Notes: generated from the letters alone by a model not told the origin. Numbered from the stretch's first letter, positions 24,491 through 37,000 are shown. The stretch: DNA of 64,000 nt from Neoechinorhynchus agilis (GCA_051530055.1 CM121342.1:8571480-8635479); one strand, 5' to 3'. Made by a program: numbers and translations.

Positions 24491-24946
24491 AATCCGCATT
24501 TATTATCCTTTTAAGTAATCTGTTTGGCTTTTATTGATAGAGAACGTTCATGTTTCAAAATTAAGATTCTGTATGGCAAACATGGAGATTTGGCTTTTTT
24601 TTAACGCAATGTTTCTAAGAAGTATTCTTCAAAGACTATTCCACAACGTCTTTGGTTCCGAATGATGTTCGCTCTTTCCAAAAAGATTTTGTGCATGCGT
24701 GAGACAACACTTTGTCTTCACTTGTCATCAGGGCATAGGGTCAAAACTTTACTTTATTTTCGTCTCAAGTGTTCCCGCACCTCTGTACTCTTTTTTCGCC
24801 AATGAACGTGGAGAGAATGGATATTTTACAAAATGGCGGTTAGTAGCACTTTGCTCTCTCTCTTTAGCTTCCTTATAAAGAGTTATCACTTCTAACGAAT
24901 CTTTAAACTTTCAGACCATTCTCGACATCGGAAGCATTATTCTCTA

Positions 24947-25480
24947 ATGCATGCAATCGCATCTTCTCGACACAATGACTATAGCATGCACCAAACGATG
25001 CTACGAATACGAGACCCAGCTCGGACAATCGCTTTCTATACCAACGTCCTTGGAATGACCCTGATCAAGAAGTTTGATTTCGAAGAAATGAAGTTCTCGC
25101 TCTATTTCCTCGGATACGTGAACCCCCTTGAAGTAAACTCACTTAGTGAGCAGGAGAAAACACTCTTCTTGTGCAAACAAAAAGGTTGTCTTGAGTTCAC
25201 TCATAATTGGGGAACTGAGAATGATAATGATTTCTTTTATCATAACGGAAATGATGAACCAAGAGGATTTGGACACATTGGAATCAACGTTCCCGACGTC
25301 GAAGTCGCCTGTGCCGAATTTGAACGAGCCGGAGCGAGATTTGTGAAGAGACCCTCCGAAGGGAAAATGAAGGGTATCGCTTTTTTGAAGGATCCAGACG
25401 GATATTACGTGGAAATACTCAGCCAAAAGAGCCTTACCAATATTGAAAATGAATATTGCTCCATGAAACCAACCACTTGA
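24947..25480 (+). CDS. GLO1: Lactoylglutathione lyase (glyoxalase I)
   Basis: QTMLRIRDP, FSLYFLGY, LEFTHNWGTE, YHNGNDEPRGFGHIG, DPDGYYVEIL. Confidence 0.95.
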   Translation: MHAIASSRHNDYSMHQTMLRIRDPARTIAFYTNVLGMTLIKKFDFEEMKFSLYFLGYVNPLEVNSLSEQEKTLFLCKQKGCLEFTHNWGTENDNDFFYHNGNDEPRGFGHIGINVPDVEVACAEFERAGARFVKRPSEGKMKGIAFLKDPDGYYVEILSQKSLTNIENEYCSMKPTT

Positions 25481-26379
25481 ACTCTGTCGATGAGCTCATT
25501 TATTAAATTAGAAGTTTGGTGCTAGAGACCGATTCCTAAAATTCAGAATTTCAGTATCGGTTTTTTTGAAATAAGTATCAAATGCTCATAACAATTCGCT
25601 GACTTTTATTCTTCAAAAGGACTGTTAACCTTAAAGGATTTTGAAAAAACAACAACATTTAGTCGCCAGGGAGATATCGGGACGAAAACTTCAAAATATT
25701 ATTCTTAGCTGAGACAATGGCTCAAAAGTTATTGCTAGCATTTAGAAATACGTAATTTTTTTCGCAAACACATTGGTGTAATCGAATATTTTTGTTAAGG
25801 TCAGATTCTAGCGATTGGGTGTACTTTAGAAACGCTGAAGGGTTCGTCTTATAAGCTGACATTAAATACAAGCTTTCTTTTTTTAAATTCTAATCAAAAA
25901 CGGCCACTTGTTAAGCTTTGACTTACTTGTTTGACGTCCACACGATTCCTGTCATGTGTTTGGAACATTGAACATTTTTCAATATTAGATTTTCGTCTCT
26001 TTTTGCCGAGCTTCAAATATAATAGAATTATGTAACTAATTTTAAACTTTAAAAAATGTTTTACTCCTCAATGATCACTAAAAATTAAATACTTTCATAT
26101 CTTCTAAACGATTCCAAGTGTTCGATAATAAGACAGTCGAAATTATCGCTTTTTTAAATCACCGAGAGAAAATTTTTCGGGATGTTAGAATTGGAGCTCG
26201 GCGATCCCGCGTACCCGAGCCATACAAAACAAATGAAATCCTCGCTAAATAAAGAGTTTTTTCATCAGGAGTTTTCGTTAGGAACCATACAAATCAAAAA
26301 ACTATATGGAACTCAATGGAAAATTTGCATGCCTCCAATGAATTTATCCAAACTGCAGAGACTAACCATTAGAATTCCA

Positions 26380-26700
26380 AGACACCCGGTAAAGAGATTA
26401 TTAAAAACGTTCTGCAAACTTCGTCGGATTCGTCATCTTTTGTTTTTTGAGTTTGACGACGACGAATTACACCCAATCTTGCAGGATAAATGATTAGAAT
26501 TATAATTTTTCAGCAAAAACGTTTTGAACATTGTAAGCGGTTCACCATCAGTTTGCTTGTAAGTTTTTCAACCTCGTCATAGCTTGTTTTTGAGCTTTCA
26601 ATTCGTCGCTTGCAAACTAAAAACTGTTGATGAACGCACGGTGAAGTTCGCAGAACGTCTTTAATAAACTCTTGACCAGGTGAAGAGTTCTAAACAATAA
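26380..26700. repeat. Dispersed foldback repeat family also found inside the nAChR insert
   Basis: actgttgatgaac...cgtctttaataaactctt shared with 10770-10830 and 11025-11085; inverted partner at about 26380-26450. Confidence 0.65.
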
Positions 26701-26717
26701 TTCTAATTTTGAATTGT

Positions 26718-26845
26718 GTGGTGAATATACTCGCCCTAATCAAAAAATCATTTTACTGTTCGCGAAATATTGGCGAGGTTTCCTATTTCGAAACATTTCG
26801 CGAACCGTGAAATGATTTTTTGATTAGGGCGAGTATATTCACCAC
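26718..26845. mobile_element. Hairpin MITE (128 bp, 36-bp perfect terminal inverted repeat)
   Basis: gtggtgaatatactcgccctaatcaaaaaatcattt / aaatgattttttgattagggcgagtatattcaccac. Confidence 0.8.
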
Positions 26846-27404
26846 CATAACGATGTGAATTTTCTCGATGTGACTAATAATCCTAATATACGCCAACCGG
26901 ATTTGCCCACCCGACCGAACCCCTAATCCACTCAAAAATCAACAACCGCGTGTTTATGAGGAAATAACAAGAATGTGTTTTCTTTAACCAAAAAAACTCG
27001 ATATATTTACTCGTTAATTCAATTTTCTGTTTCAAAATTTGACCTTGAGCTCAATTGAACGTATTGGTGTTTCTGTGTCAAAACATTTTCTCTAAAAATG
27101 AGTGGTTCTAAACATGTTTTTTCTTCTATTGGCGGCACTAAAAATATCCTAAAACTATGTTTGAGCGTTTGGTTGTCGTAATTTCACCTGAGCAATCTCT
27201 GTGTCGCATAAATGTGGCATTACGTTATGTGCCATCTCCCTTTCGTTGGAAAGAAGTCTCGAGGTTGTCGTCTCCACACTCTCTTACGTTGGCGCAATTC
27301 GTATTCGTGAGCATTGTCAGACGAAAAGAACTCTAAGGCTTTGTGTGTGAGCGAGTAATCATTTAGACATTCAATCGAAAACTTTTATTACTTTTCAGAA
27401 ATAA

Positions 27405-29602
27405 ATGTACATGCTCGAACAGCTACCCGCCCGAGAGAGTGCCAGCGAATTCTATGACAAGTATGAACCTCGCCAAATCCTAGGAAAGTGAGTTGGAATA
27501 TTTAGAGGATTTTCTTAGTGATTGTGTTTGTACAGGGGACTAAGCAGCATTGTCCGACGTTGCATTGAGAAAAAGTCCGGAAAAGTTTTCGCATGTAAGA
27601 TGATTGAATATTTGTATGAAGATGATATCCAAGAATCAACGAGGAATGAAATCGCCATTTTAAAGAGATGTGGAGATCATCCTAATATTAGTAAGTCGCA
27701 TTTGCTTTTTAAATATAAACTCCAAAATAATTCGCTCTTTAAAGTACAAATTCACGACGCTTTCGAAACTGACAGTTACGCTTTTATTGTCAAACAACGG
27801 TTATCTACTTTCTAGTATATAGTCCATTTTTCTCAAATGATTTATTTTTCTCCTTTAAACTTTTTTACCAACACTCAAATGGTCTCGTGAGTTGAATATT
27901 GTCTAGTTCATTTTTCTCAAATGATTTATTCTTCTCCTTGAAACTTTTTCTTACCAACACTCAAATGGTGAATTTAATTATTTTTGTCTTGTGAGTTGAA
28001 TATCGTCTTGTTGATTTTTCTCATTAAAACTTTTTCTTACCAACACTCAAATGCTCTCGTGAGTTGAATATCGTCTTGTTGGTTTTTCTCCTTTAAACTT
28101 TTTCTTACCAACACTCAAATGGTCTCGTGAGTTGAATATCGTCTAGTTCATATTTCTCAAATTATTTACATCTTTTTCCTTGAAACTTTTTCTAACAACG
28201 CTAATCGAATTTCAAACACTCATCCGGCTCTTAAACTTCTTGCGAGAACTAGAAGGAAGCGAAAATATACATTTCGTTAGTTTCCGTCATCGCCTAATGA
28301 GGTCTAAGATATTCTTTGCGAACTGTTGGTTATGTCCACTTGATTCAAAGACCCATTAGCATCGACTACGACGACTGGTCGTTTTTAACCGTTGTATTAA
28401 TGGAATGTTGTGAGGGCGGAGAGTTATTCGATTACTTAACAAAAATGGTTAGACTGTCGGAAAAGAAAGCACGGTAATGGTTGAATAATTGAACTTTGAG
28501 AAAACCTTTTTAGGCAAATAATGAGATCGATAATCGACGCCGTTTGTCATATGCACAAGAAAGGAATCGTACATCGCGATCTCAAGGTATTTTTTATGAA
28601 ATAATTATCTACAGAACGAAGAGTCTTTAAAAAGCCTGAGAACATTTTAATGGATGAGAACATGAATATAAAGATTGCCGACGTTGGTTTGTCCACGGTT
28701 CTTCCAACAGAACCTAACAAATATTTGCATGGTAAATGTTCGCACTAAAATCCATTAACGATTTAAAAGCAGACAAATAGAGGTTTGTGGCACTATTGGA
28801 TACATGGCACCGGAGATGCTCTTACAATCGTTATTTCCGGAACAATATCAAGGTTATGGGCGCGAAGTCGATATGTGGGCCTGTGGAGTTATTCTGTTTA
28901 CAATGTGGGTATTTTTATGGCGACGAATTGTTGGATTACCTCTTCTTTGTAGGCTCAGCGGAACACCTCCATTTTGGCATCGAAAACAACACATCTTATT
29001 GAGGCAAATAATGGAAGCCAATTATTCGTTTTCAAATCTCGTGTGGGATGAGATTAGTACAACTGCTAAAGAGATAGTTAGTTTTTAGGATAAAAGGTTC
29101 TCCAACTTTTCTTTTTTGTTAGGTTTCAAGGTTATTAGAGATCGATCCACAGAAAAGACTCACAGCCGAAGAAGCTCTTGCTCATCAATGGTTCACACTC
29201 GACGTCGCCACTCGCCAAGGCTTTGACGCTAGAAGAGTCCTTAAAGTATTTAGCTTTTTTTCATACGCTTTGAGAATCATTTCGTTCCACAAGGCTCATA
29301 TTCTGGTCGTATGGTCCATTATTCGTCTAAAATCATTAAAAGGAAAAGCTGCGCCAATCACAACTGGAAAAGAATTGCTTCTTAATCCATACAAATTCAA
29401 AGCGTACCGAAGACTTGTTGATTTTGGCGCTTTTGACATTTACTCTCATTGGGTCAAGAAAACGGATATACAACAAAATAGAGCCGCTCTTTTTGAAACC
29501 GAATTGAAACCAATCAATGAGTTAACTCATGGAATTTTCGTTGCGAACGATGAATCTTACTTTGGCAGCAATTCAGGATTTGCCATGGCGGCACAAAGTT
29601 AA
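27405..29602 (+). CDS. PHKG: Phosphorylase kinase gamma catalytic subunit
   Basis: EFYDKYEPRQILGxGLSSIVRRC, GGELFDYL, HRDLKPENIL, GTIGYMAPE, DMWACGVI, PPFWHRKQ, LLNPYKFKAYRRLVDFGAFDIYSHWVKK. Seven canonical introns plus one non-canonical insert. Confidence 0.9.
27791..28398 (+). other. Non-GT/AG insert (about 608 bp), 10-bp perfect inverted repeat, internal minisatellite
   Basis: ATT GT|CAAACAACGGTTA ... TAACCGTTGTATT|A ATG GAA restores AFIV-MECCEGGELFDYL. Confidence 0.7.
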
Positions 29603-29784
29603 TGCTTACAAGTTTGCGTGTAGTATCTCTATCGATGGATTTATTTTTTGACGTTAGTAAAAATAATTCCAAACTTTTGAATGTTTTTGTTGTTAAAACC
29701 AGAGTTCATTTTGAAATCAGGAAAAATAAAAGGTTTTACGTTAAAAACTGCATTAAAAAACCAATTATTTTTTTGAGAAAAGCT

Positions 29785-32700
29785 TCAACGTCTTTGTGTC
29801 TTTCCAAGTTTTCTCTTTCCAGAGAACAAATGTTTGGGTTTCTTTGTAGGAATACGTCTATCGGATTCACACACTCTACCTTTCCGCGAAAACATCGCTT
29901 GATCCTTACGCCTCATTTTCTCCAATTTCATGAAAGTAGCTTTGTTCTTCAATCCCAACTCATTTCGTGGCACCTTTGGTACTAAAGTCAATTTACGTTT
30001 CTGACTGCTTTCAGAGGTAGTTCGGTGCGCCTTTTTGGCGACTAAACGCGATTCCATCTTTTCATTATTCTTATCAGCTGTTGGTTCAATACCAATCTCA
30101 TCCATTCGTTCCAAAAACTCCGATCTACGGCGCTTCTTAGCTCTAACTGGTAATTTACGCTTCTTTTGACTGTTCAATCTAGACTCTTGCATCATTAGAA
30201 GACGCTTATTGCGAATCCGTCTACCGAGACCGCGCAACCTTTGTGTTTCATAGTCGTCTTGTTCATCTTTCAAATCATAGAATCCCATGGACTCCAATAA
30301 AGCTTCCTCTTCCTCGAGTTCCTTTAACCTTTGATCCAAATCAACGTCAAGGATATCGGAAATGTTATGCCCGTTCCAAATCTCAGGGATTATGTCATAC
30401 TTTTCGTCGTCGTTCTCCAAAAGCCAATTTTTCCTCAAATCTGCAGCAGATAACCGAAACTTAGCGTTCTTTTTTACCTCTCTTAAATAATCAATTTTCA
30501 ATATATGCAAAAAAAACCGAATCCACTAAATTTTTTTGTTTCTGTTACCTGCTTTACATGATAATCCTTCCCCAACTCATCTTCCAAATCCTTTTCAAAC
30601 TTTTGTCCACTGGACGAAACCCTTGGTTTTTCATTTGGTAATACATTTTCGCGGTACTCTATAGCTCCATTGGGTATAAAATACGGTCGTTCCTTACTAT
30701 CTCTCGGTTTCGGCATTGTTACTTTAAGCCTTGCTTCAAGTTTCTTAACCAATTTCGAATTGGCTTTTTGCTCTAATCGATGATTTAAAAGTAAATCGCA
30801 AGCCTTGTTCCTTACTTCTATTACGCCTTCTTCATTACTAACACTCATTTGAACCAAAGGAATTTCGGAGTTGGTCAAATCTTCGAGTCCAATGCGACTT
30901 TCTTCAGGAAGATCATTCAGTTTGACTAGATCGGATTTGCTTGCTACGACCAAAAGAGGTTTATCTTGAAAAAGTATCCGTATATTCTTGAAAAGATCAA
31001 TTTGTTGGCCGAGTGAGAATCCACAATCTTCTGATATATCGACAAGGAAGATGACGCATGCTTTAAGATGAGCAAGTGCGGTTATTGCTTGCATTTCGAT
31101 TGTGTTTCTTTGTTCCAATTCGTGATCAAGAATCCCAGGAGTATCAATCACTTGCCAACGAAGGAAATTGTAATCCGTGTGGCCAACATATAGAGACTTT
31201 GTCGTAAAAGCGTACGGCTGAACTTCGACACCGGCATTCGTTATCTTATTCAGGAAACTCGATTTCCCCACATTCGGAAATCCACAAATAATCAACGTAC
31301 GAGTGCTCGGATCAATTGATGGAAGGCGGCTCAAATGCTGTCTAACTTGTTCAAGGTATTCGAAAGTAGAGTTGTGGCGCCGGATCATGGTACACATTCG
31401 ACCGAGAGCAGCACGCTTTAGACATTTAAAACAAAATAAATCGTCGTCCATACATAGATTCAAAAAAATCAAGCTTTTTCAAATAGCCAAACACGTGTTT
31501 TGATACTTTGGAGAGGTATTAGAGAGAAAAAGAAAATCTTTGGTTAAATCTTGGCAGTTGAAGAATGGTGTCAGCAGACAGGCGCTAACCATGTTCCCGT
31601 GAATGGCCTCAGACAATCGATCTGGGACAGACCTCTCGTCGCGAGAGCTCACAGCTCTCTACTTTCAGGTTCTATCGACCGGGTCGTCCGAGCTAGATTG
31701 TTGGCAGTTTCAACACGAGAACCTGGGGCGTGGTTGGAGGCTGTTCCTCTGGCATCAGTGGGAACTCTTCTCACTGACGAGGTAACGAGGATCGCAGTGT
31801 CCTTAAGACTTGGTTTCCCGATATGCACGCCCCATCGCTGTCGATGTGGGTCTTTGGTTGAGGCTTTCGGGCGACACGGTCTCGTTTGCCGAAAGTCAGG
31901 AGGAAGGTTCTCGCGTCATTCTGAGATCAAAAGCGTAATTTCTCGGGCGTTGAGAACGGCGAACTTCCACAACATCTTGGAACCCGCCCATCTTTGTCGA
32001 TTAGACGGTCGTCGACCTGACGGAATTTCGGTCTTTCCGTGGCGGGAGGGCAAATGCCTTCTCTGGGACGCCACGTCTGTGGACACCCTCGCAGTAAGCA
32101 ACATTCCTTACTCTCTCGAAATCGCTGGAGGTGCAGCCATTGCAGCGGAATGTAGAAAAGGTACGAAAATATAGGGATTTAGCAAAGGCCCACTATTTTG
32201 TCCCCTTCGGATTAAAGATGTATGGGGCGCTTGGCAGCACGGCACTCACTCTGCTAAAGGATATCTCGAAGAAATTGAGAGAAACGGCCGGCGACGCACG
32301 AGCACTTGTATTCGTGCGACCGAATATCTCGCTCGCAGTACAACGAGGCAATACTGCTAGCGTGGTAGAGACAGCCGAGGAAGGGGTATCTTTTACCTGA
32401 CTTACGATTTAAGAAACCGAAATAAGTTTCCACCTTAGTGTTTAAGGGAAAAATGCGAAACGAAAGAGGAGGTAATCAGGAAACAAAAAATAGAAAAAAC
32501 TTGATACAATTTTAAATGTAAACAAAAACGATTCGAAAAATAACAACGTTCTAAATCGCTCATCAGAAAAGAGGAAAACAATTTGGAATATTTTCATATG
32601 CCGCTAGCGATTGTTTATGGCGGAAACTTTTTGCTTGTAAGTACAATTGAAAATAAAGGGAAAAATCGAATTTAAAAAAATCCCTCAATTTTTCACTGCC

Positions 32701-33246
32701 ATAAACAAACGCTGAATAATTCAATCCTAAATAAGAGAAACAACATCAAAGTGTGTGGATTTTTTCGAAAACGATTCACGATCCATTGTAGTCGCTGAAT
32801 TTTAAACTGCTTCAAACGCTGAAAAACCCCAAATGATTTAGCCGCTTCCGGACGACGGTTTTTGTCAGACATCGATACAGCGAATCGGCGAATTTCATGA
32901 GACGGACATAATCTCGTGCAATGCCATCGACTTTGCTTCTCATAACGCTGATGTGGCCAAGAGCGATTTTATAGTGGTCTCGATCGTAGAGAATGTTCAT
33001 CAGATCAGCGTAGAACGGATGAATCTCATCAAGTTTCGGGAACTGGTCGACGATTTTACTGAGACGGTCGTGAATGTTCTGCTGGGTGTACTTTACCTTT
33101 CTCATGTAGAATCGACGAATTCGAGCGATCGCGAGGTGACGGTGAATGACCGTCGGCGTTTTGCGCTGAGTTTTCGACATCATGATATCGATAAGCTCCT
33201 TAGCCTTGGGAACAACCATTATTGATTTTCTTATAGCACCCGACAT
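29785..33246 (-). CDS. GTPBP4: Nucleolar GTP-binding protein 1 (NOG1)
   Basis: [59 protein letters not shown]. Three coding segments are separated by two non-canonical inserts. Confidence 0.95.
30442..30554 (-). other. Candidate non-canonical insert (113 bp), 16-bp inverted repeat (14/16)
   Basis: CAT GTA|AAGCAGGTAACAGAAAC ... GTTTCGGTTATCTGCTGCA|GAT TTG restores KDYHV-DLRKNW. Confidence 0.6.
31428..32868 (-). other. Candidate non-canonical insert (1441 bp), imperfect 16-19 bp inverted repeat, nested CRE fragment and MITE
   Basis: CGA TGT|CTGACAAAAACCGTCGTCC ... GGACGACGATTTATTTTGTTTT|AAA TGT CTA AAG restores [16 protein letters not shown]. Confidence 0.65.
31540..32400 (+). mobile_element. 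CRE-like retrotransposon 3-prime fragment (zinc finger plus RLE endonuclease)
   Basis: [47 protein letters not shown]. Confidence 0.88.
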
Positions 33247-33289
33247 TTTGATAAGGAATACTTGGAAAGAAAAAGTGAGAGATGAAGAA

Positions 33290-33650
33290 TGCGCCGGCGT
33301 GTTTTGGGACGTCATCATACACGGAAGAATACGGGAGAATAGCGTATTTGTCGAAAATGAGGTGGAAGGCAAAAACACGCCGAAATGAACACAATTCTCT
33401 TAGTCGTGCCCTGAATACTCTTAAATGTGCCCAAAATTCTAGAGCCGAGCAATCTTTGCCGATTTTTTGGATTATTATCTTCGACGGAAGGGCGGGGGAA
33501 GATACTTTCTTTTTCCTGGTTTTGCCACCCCGGGAATTTAAATTCACGGCGTCCAGGAAATATCGGAAATAAATTAGTGAATGTTTGAAACCCTGAGATG
33601 GCAAAACTAAGATAAAAGAAATTAAAGCGATATTTCGTTTCCTTTGATGT
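33290..33650 (+). mobile_element. CRE remnant plus nested repeat, duplicate of about 13190-13520
   Basis: tcttagtcgtgccctgaata...ctagagccgagcaatctttgcc followed by the same repeat as at 13330. Confidence 0.7.
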
Positions 33651-33699
33651 GGTTCTTGGATAAAAACCACCTCGTAATTCTCTACTTCGGTTAAAATAT

Positions 33700-35000
33700 T
33701 TGGAATTCCTTAGCGACCACCCGGGTTCCACTGGACTAACCTTAACTCGTTCATGAGCCGGCCTTTCTCCTTTTAATAAGATCCACAACACCCTCGGAGC
33801 ACATTTGTTTCTGTTCTTCGATTATCTGCCGAACGGAGACTTCTTCATCCATCATTTCTGTGTCCGAAGCATCAATTTCTACTGGCTCGTCCTTGTTATG
33901 GAGAAACGACCTTTTAACGGGAGCTTGGGCAACTGCTGACGAAACCACTTGACTCAGGCTATTAGAAATAGAGGTAGTAAATGCCCCAAAAAGCCTCTCC
34001 AGTCGTTTTTCCATATGCTGTATCGCGGTAGCGATTCTCAAGCCCACCATTATTAAAATGTTTGTTGAAAAGTCGCTCAGGATCTTGTCTATATTTTCCC
34101 CTCGTTACAGCTTGAGACGGCCTCCAAGTGAGTGCGAGAATGGGTTTGGTCTGTATTCGAATTATTTCTCAAGAAAGATGGCCGAGACTCCAAGTTCTTT
34201 TTTTGTTCGATCGGATGGGCTTTATTTTGAGCCCAAGCAACATATTGTTTGAAGACCGAGCAATTTTTCGCGAAAGTGCAATGACCAATTTGTCCACAGT
34301 TTGCACAGTTTTTAATTCCTTTTGAACATTTTGAGCGACAGTGTTGGTTATCTTAGATGGGCAACGTTGAATCCAATGACCCCACTACTGACAACCTGCG
34401 CATCGAGGAAAAGTGAAATCGTCTATTCTAGAGATTTCGTTGGCAATAAAAGAGATTTCCATTGACTGAAAAAACACCTCTTGGATATCAGGGAATTTCT
34501 CGTCTCTATATCGGCTTTCAGGACTACCCTCGGAATTGGTTTACCGTTGTTTCGGGACTTCAAAAAAAATAGAATTTTGCATCCGAATTTGGATTCAAAT
34601 AATCTTTTGTCATCCGATTCGATGTCCGGAGAAAGACCCTACACCTCGAAGACAACACCCTGCTCGTTGAACGAATCCAAGAAAGTTTGATAGAGACGTC
34701 TGTTCGATTCATTTGTAAGGTAAATCTTGAGCTTGCCACCGAAGTATGTGACCTTTAGAATACGTTGGATGTCGTCATTGAACGATCGGAGCCATGGAAT
34801 GAGAATTTTTTTATACAAGGTTTCCCTTGGTTGAATTGGATTGGATGATATAGAGATGGAATATCGCCATCTCTTTATCGGACTCTCCAGAATATTTGGA
34901 GTGACGGATTGTATGCTGTCTGCTTTATCGATGGGAAGAATTTGATTTATTTTGTTTCGAAGACAAAGGGGTCTTCAGAAAGTTGGGTGGCCGTACGCCA
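33700..35000 (-). mobile_element. Degenerate gag-like ORF1 of a retroelement
   Basis: CCHC knuckle RCAGCQ*WGHWIQRC at about 34350-34410 with stops around it. Confidence 0.5.
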
Positions 35001-35164
35001 CCCTCCGCCGCAACGTTCGGTTGCAAAAACATTTTGTAAGTGTCAAACCACAATGTTCAAACGTACATGCACTTATGCGTATCGATGACGTCCTACCACA
35101 GGTAATAAGCTTGGTCAGTTCTTAACAGTTGCTTCTGCTGCTTAGTATGGGGTGTAAAAGTAAT

Positions 35165-36358
35165 GATACCAAGTGGGCCATTTTTATTGAGCAGAACCGG
35201 CGATGTTGGATGAACCGAGGCAATGTGCCGAGAGTGCCTCCCATGAGATACCATGAAAGGTGCTAGTCGACATTGACAGCAGGACGGTGGCCGAAGAAGT
35301 AGGAATCCGCTAAGGAGTGTGTAAAAACTAGCCTGCTAAATCGACTGGCGCTGAAAATGGATGGCGCTGGAGACGTATATCCGTGTTTGACTGTCAATGC
35401 CAGGCAAAAATGTACAAATGGCTTGACGTTTAGAAGGGCATATGCGGTGGTGTTGAAACTTGCACCGGGAGGTGGAGCCGCCGCTAGTGCAGATCTTGGT
35501 GGTAGTAGCAAGTATTCAAATGAGAGCATTGAAGACTGAAGTGGAGAAAGGTTCCATGTGAACAACATTTGGACATGGATCAGCCGATCCTAAGAAAACG
35601 TGCAAATTCGAGATTAAGCATGTTGCGTTGCGCAATCGAAAGGGAATCGGGTCAATATTCCCGAGCCAGGATACGGTTTATGCTCGATCTTTTCAGATGC
35701 TCTTCTTTTGTAGATGATGTTCAGCCTAAGTGGTGACACGTACAATTCCGGAGAATAGTTAAACGACGTCTGAAGAAGAGTTTTCCCTTCTTTGTTAGGA
35801 ACCTTATCCCTGGAATTAGATCGTCTGTTGATAGGGTACACGTTCCGTAATTCAGCTTAATCCACACATTGTACCGAGAGCTTCGTATTGTCCTTGATAA
35901 TCTGAGTGCGAGAATATTCAAATCGCTCGTACTGATTTCCGCAGCAGGTCTCTGAGGTGAGTAGCCTCTAGTCGATAGGGAAACGTAGCAAAGGAAAGTC
36001 GGCATATTAGATCCGTAACTTCGGAAAAAGGATTGACTCATAAAAGATGAGTTGACCGGGCTGTCGCGAAAAGCGGTATGTTGTCGACTCTTGGATCTGT
36101 CAGTTGTTTGCTCTTGCGAAAGTGTCGATTTCGAGTACGGAACTCGGTGCTGCGTTATTTGGGCAGCGATTGTTATGTCCCGCGTTTGTTCGGCTTTTCC
36201 AAACGGGCACGCTAACTTCTTACGCGGGGATCCAATCAACATTAAACAGCTGGCCTAGAACTGGCATGGACAAGGGGAATCCAACTGTTTAATTAAAACA
36301 ACGCATTGCGATAGCTGTAATCAGTGTAGACGCAATATGAAACGGCGGACGTAACTAC
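35165..36358 (+). pseudogene. 28S (LSU) rRNA internal fragment, degenerate
   Basis: gacagcaggacggtggcc, aatccgctaaggagtgtgta, gcagatcttggtggtagtagcaa, agatccgtaacttcggaaaaag, aggggaatccaactgtttaattaaaaca. Substitutions fall in normally invariant blocks, there is a deletion before aaacggcgg, and no 18S/5.8S context. Confidence 0.85.
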
Positions 36359-36369
36359 CATAACACGTT

Positions 36370-37000
36370 TTATTTGTTAATGCACAAAGAAGGGGACCAT
36401 GTACCTTTGGGTCCTCATAAGCACTCGATTTCTGATTGGATAAACTAATCTGGCTATAGATTTTAAAGTTGATTACGAGTCAGGGCCGGGTGGGAATATC
36501 CAATCGAATTGGAAGGTCCGTTCTGATGGGAATTGATTGTTTTTGTTTGCAAGAGCGCTTGTAAAGTAGATATTTTCAACCGCTCATTTTAAGTTATGAT
36601 ATCCGAGAAGATTGATCAGCATGGAAAAAGGAGCGTACGTATAGTGAGGTGCGAGGTTGATGGAGGATGAAAGGAATTTGGATTACGAGTATTGTGTTCG
36701 CGTGTAAAGGGGACGATATGTGGAAGAAATTGTGGTGGTAGGGATGAAAAGCGTTTTAATTGTTTGATGAAAATAGCATCAAGGCATTCGGTGAGAGGGG
36801 GAAAGTCAGTTGTGCAAATTTTAGATGCTCTTTTGTGAAACATTTCAAGACGACGGATTTGATATTTGGATAGGTTGCAAAATTCGAGGTAACCGCAGGT
36901 GAGGGGAAGTAAAATGAAGTTGAAGTAAAATTTGTAGAGATCTTGTGAAGGGATTCCTAAATGTTAGAGGCGCCCAAAATTCTGAGGGAGGTGACTCGTC
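36370..37000 (-). mobile_element. CR1/L2-like RT 3-prime fragment, homologous to 19860-20860
   Basis: FHKRASKICTTDFPPLTECLDAIFIKQLKRFSSLPPQFLPHIVPF identical to the 19837 ORF. Confidence 0.8.

Noticed and set aside
35165-36358. Functional rDNA unit or protein-coding ORFs (35263, 35357, 35721, 36052)
   Set aside because: It is an isolated fragment with substitutions in invariant blocks; the ORFs are chance frames in rRNA sequence.
36340-37000. R2 element inserted in 28S rDNA
   Set aside because: The adjoining sequence is a CR1/L2-like RT 3-prime end in the opposite orientation, and the 28S sequence downstream of the target site is missing.
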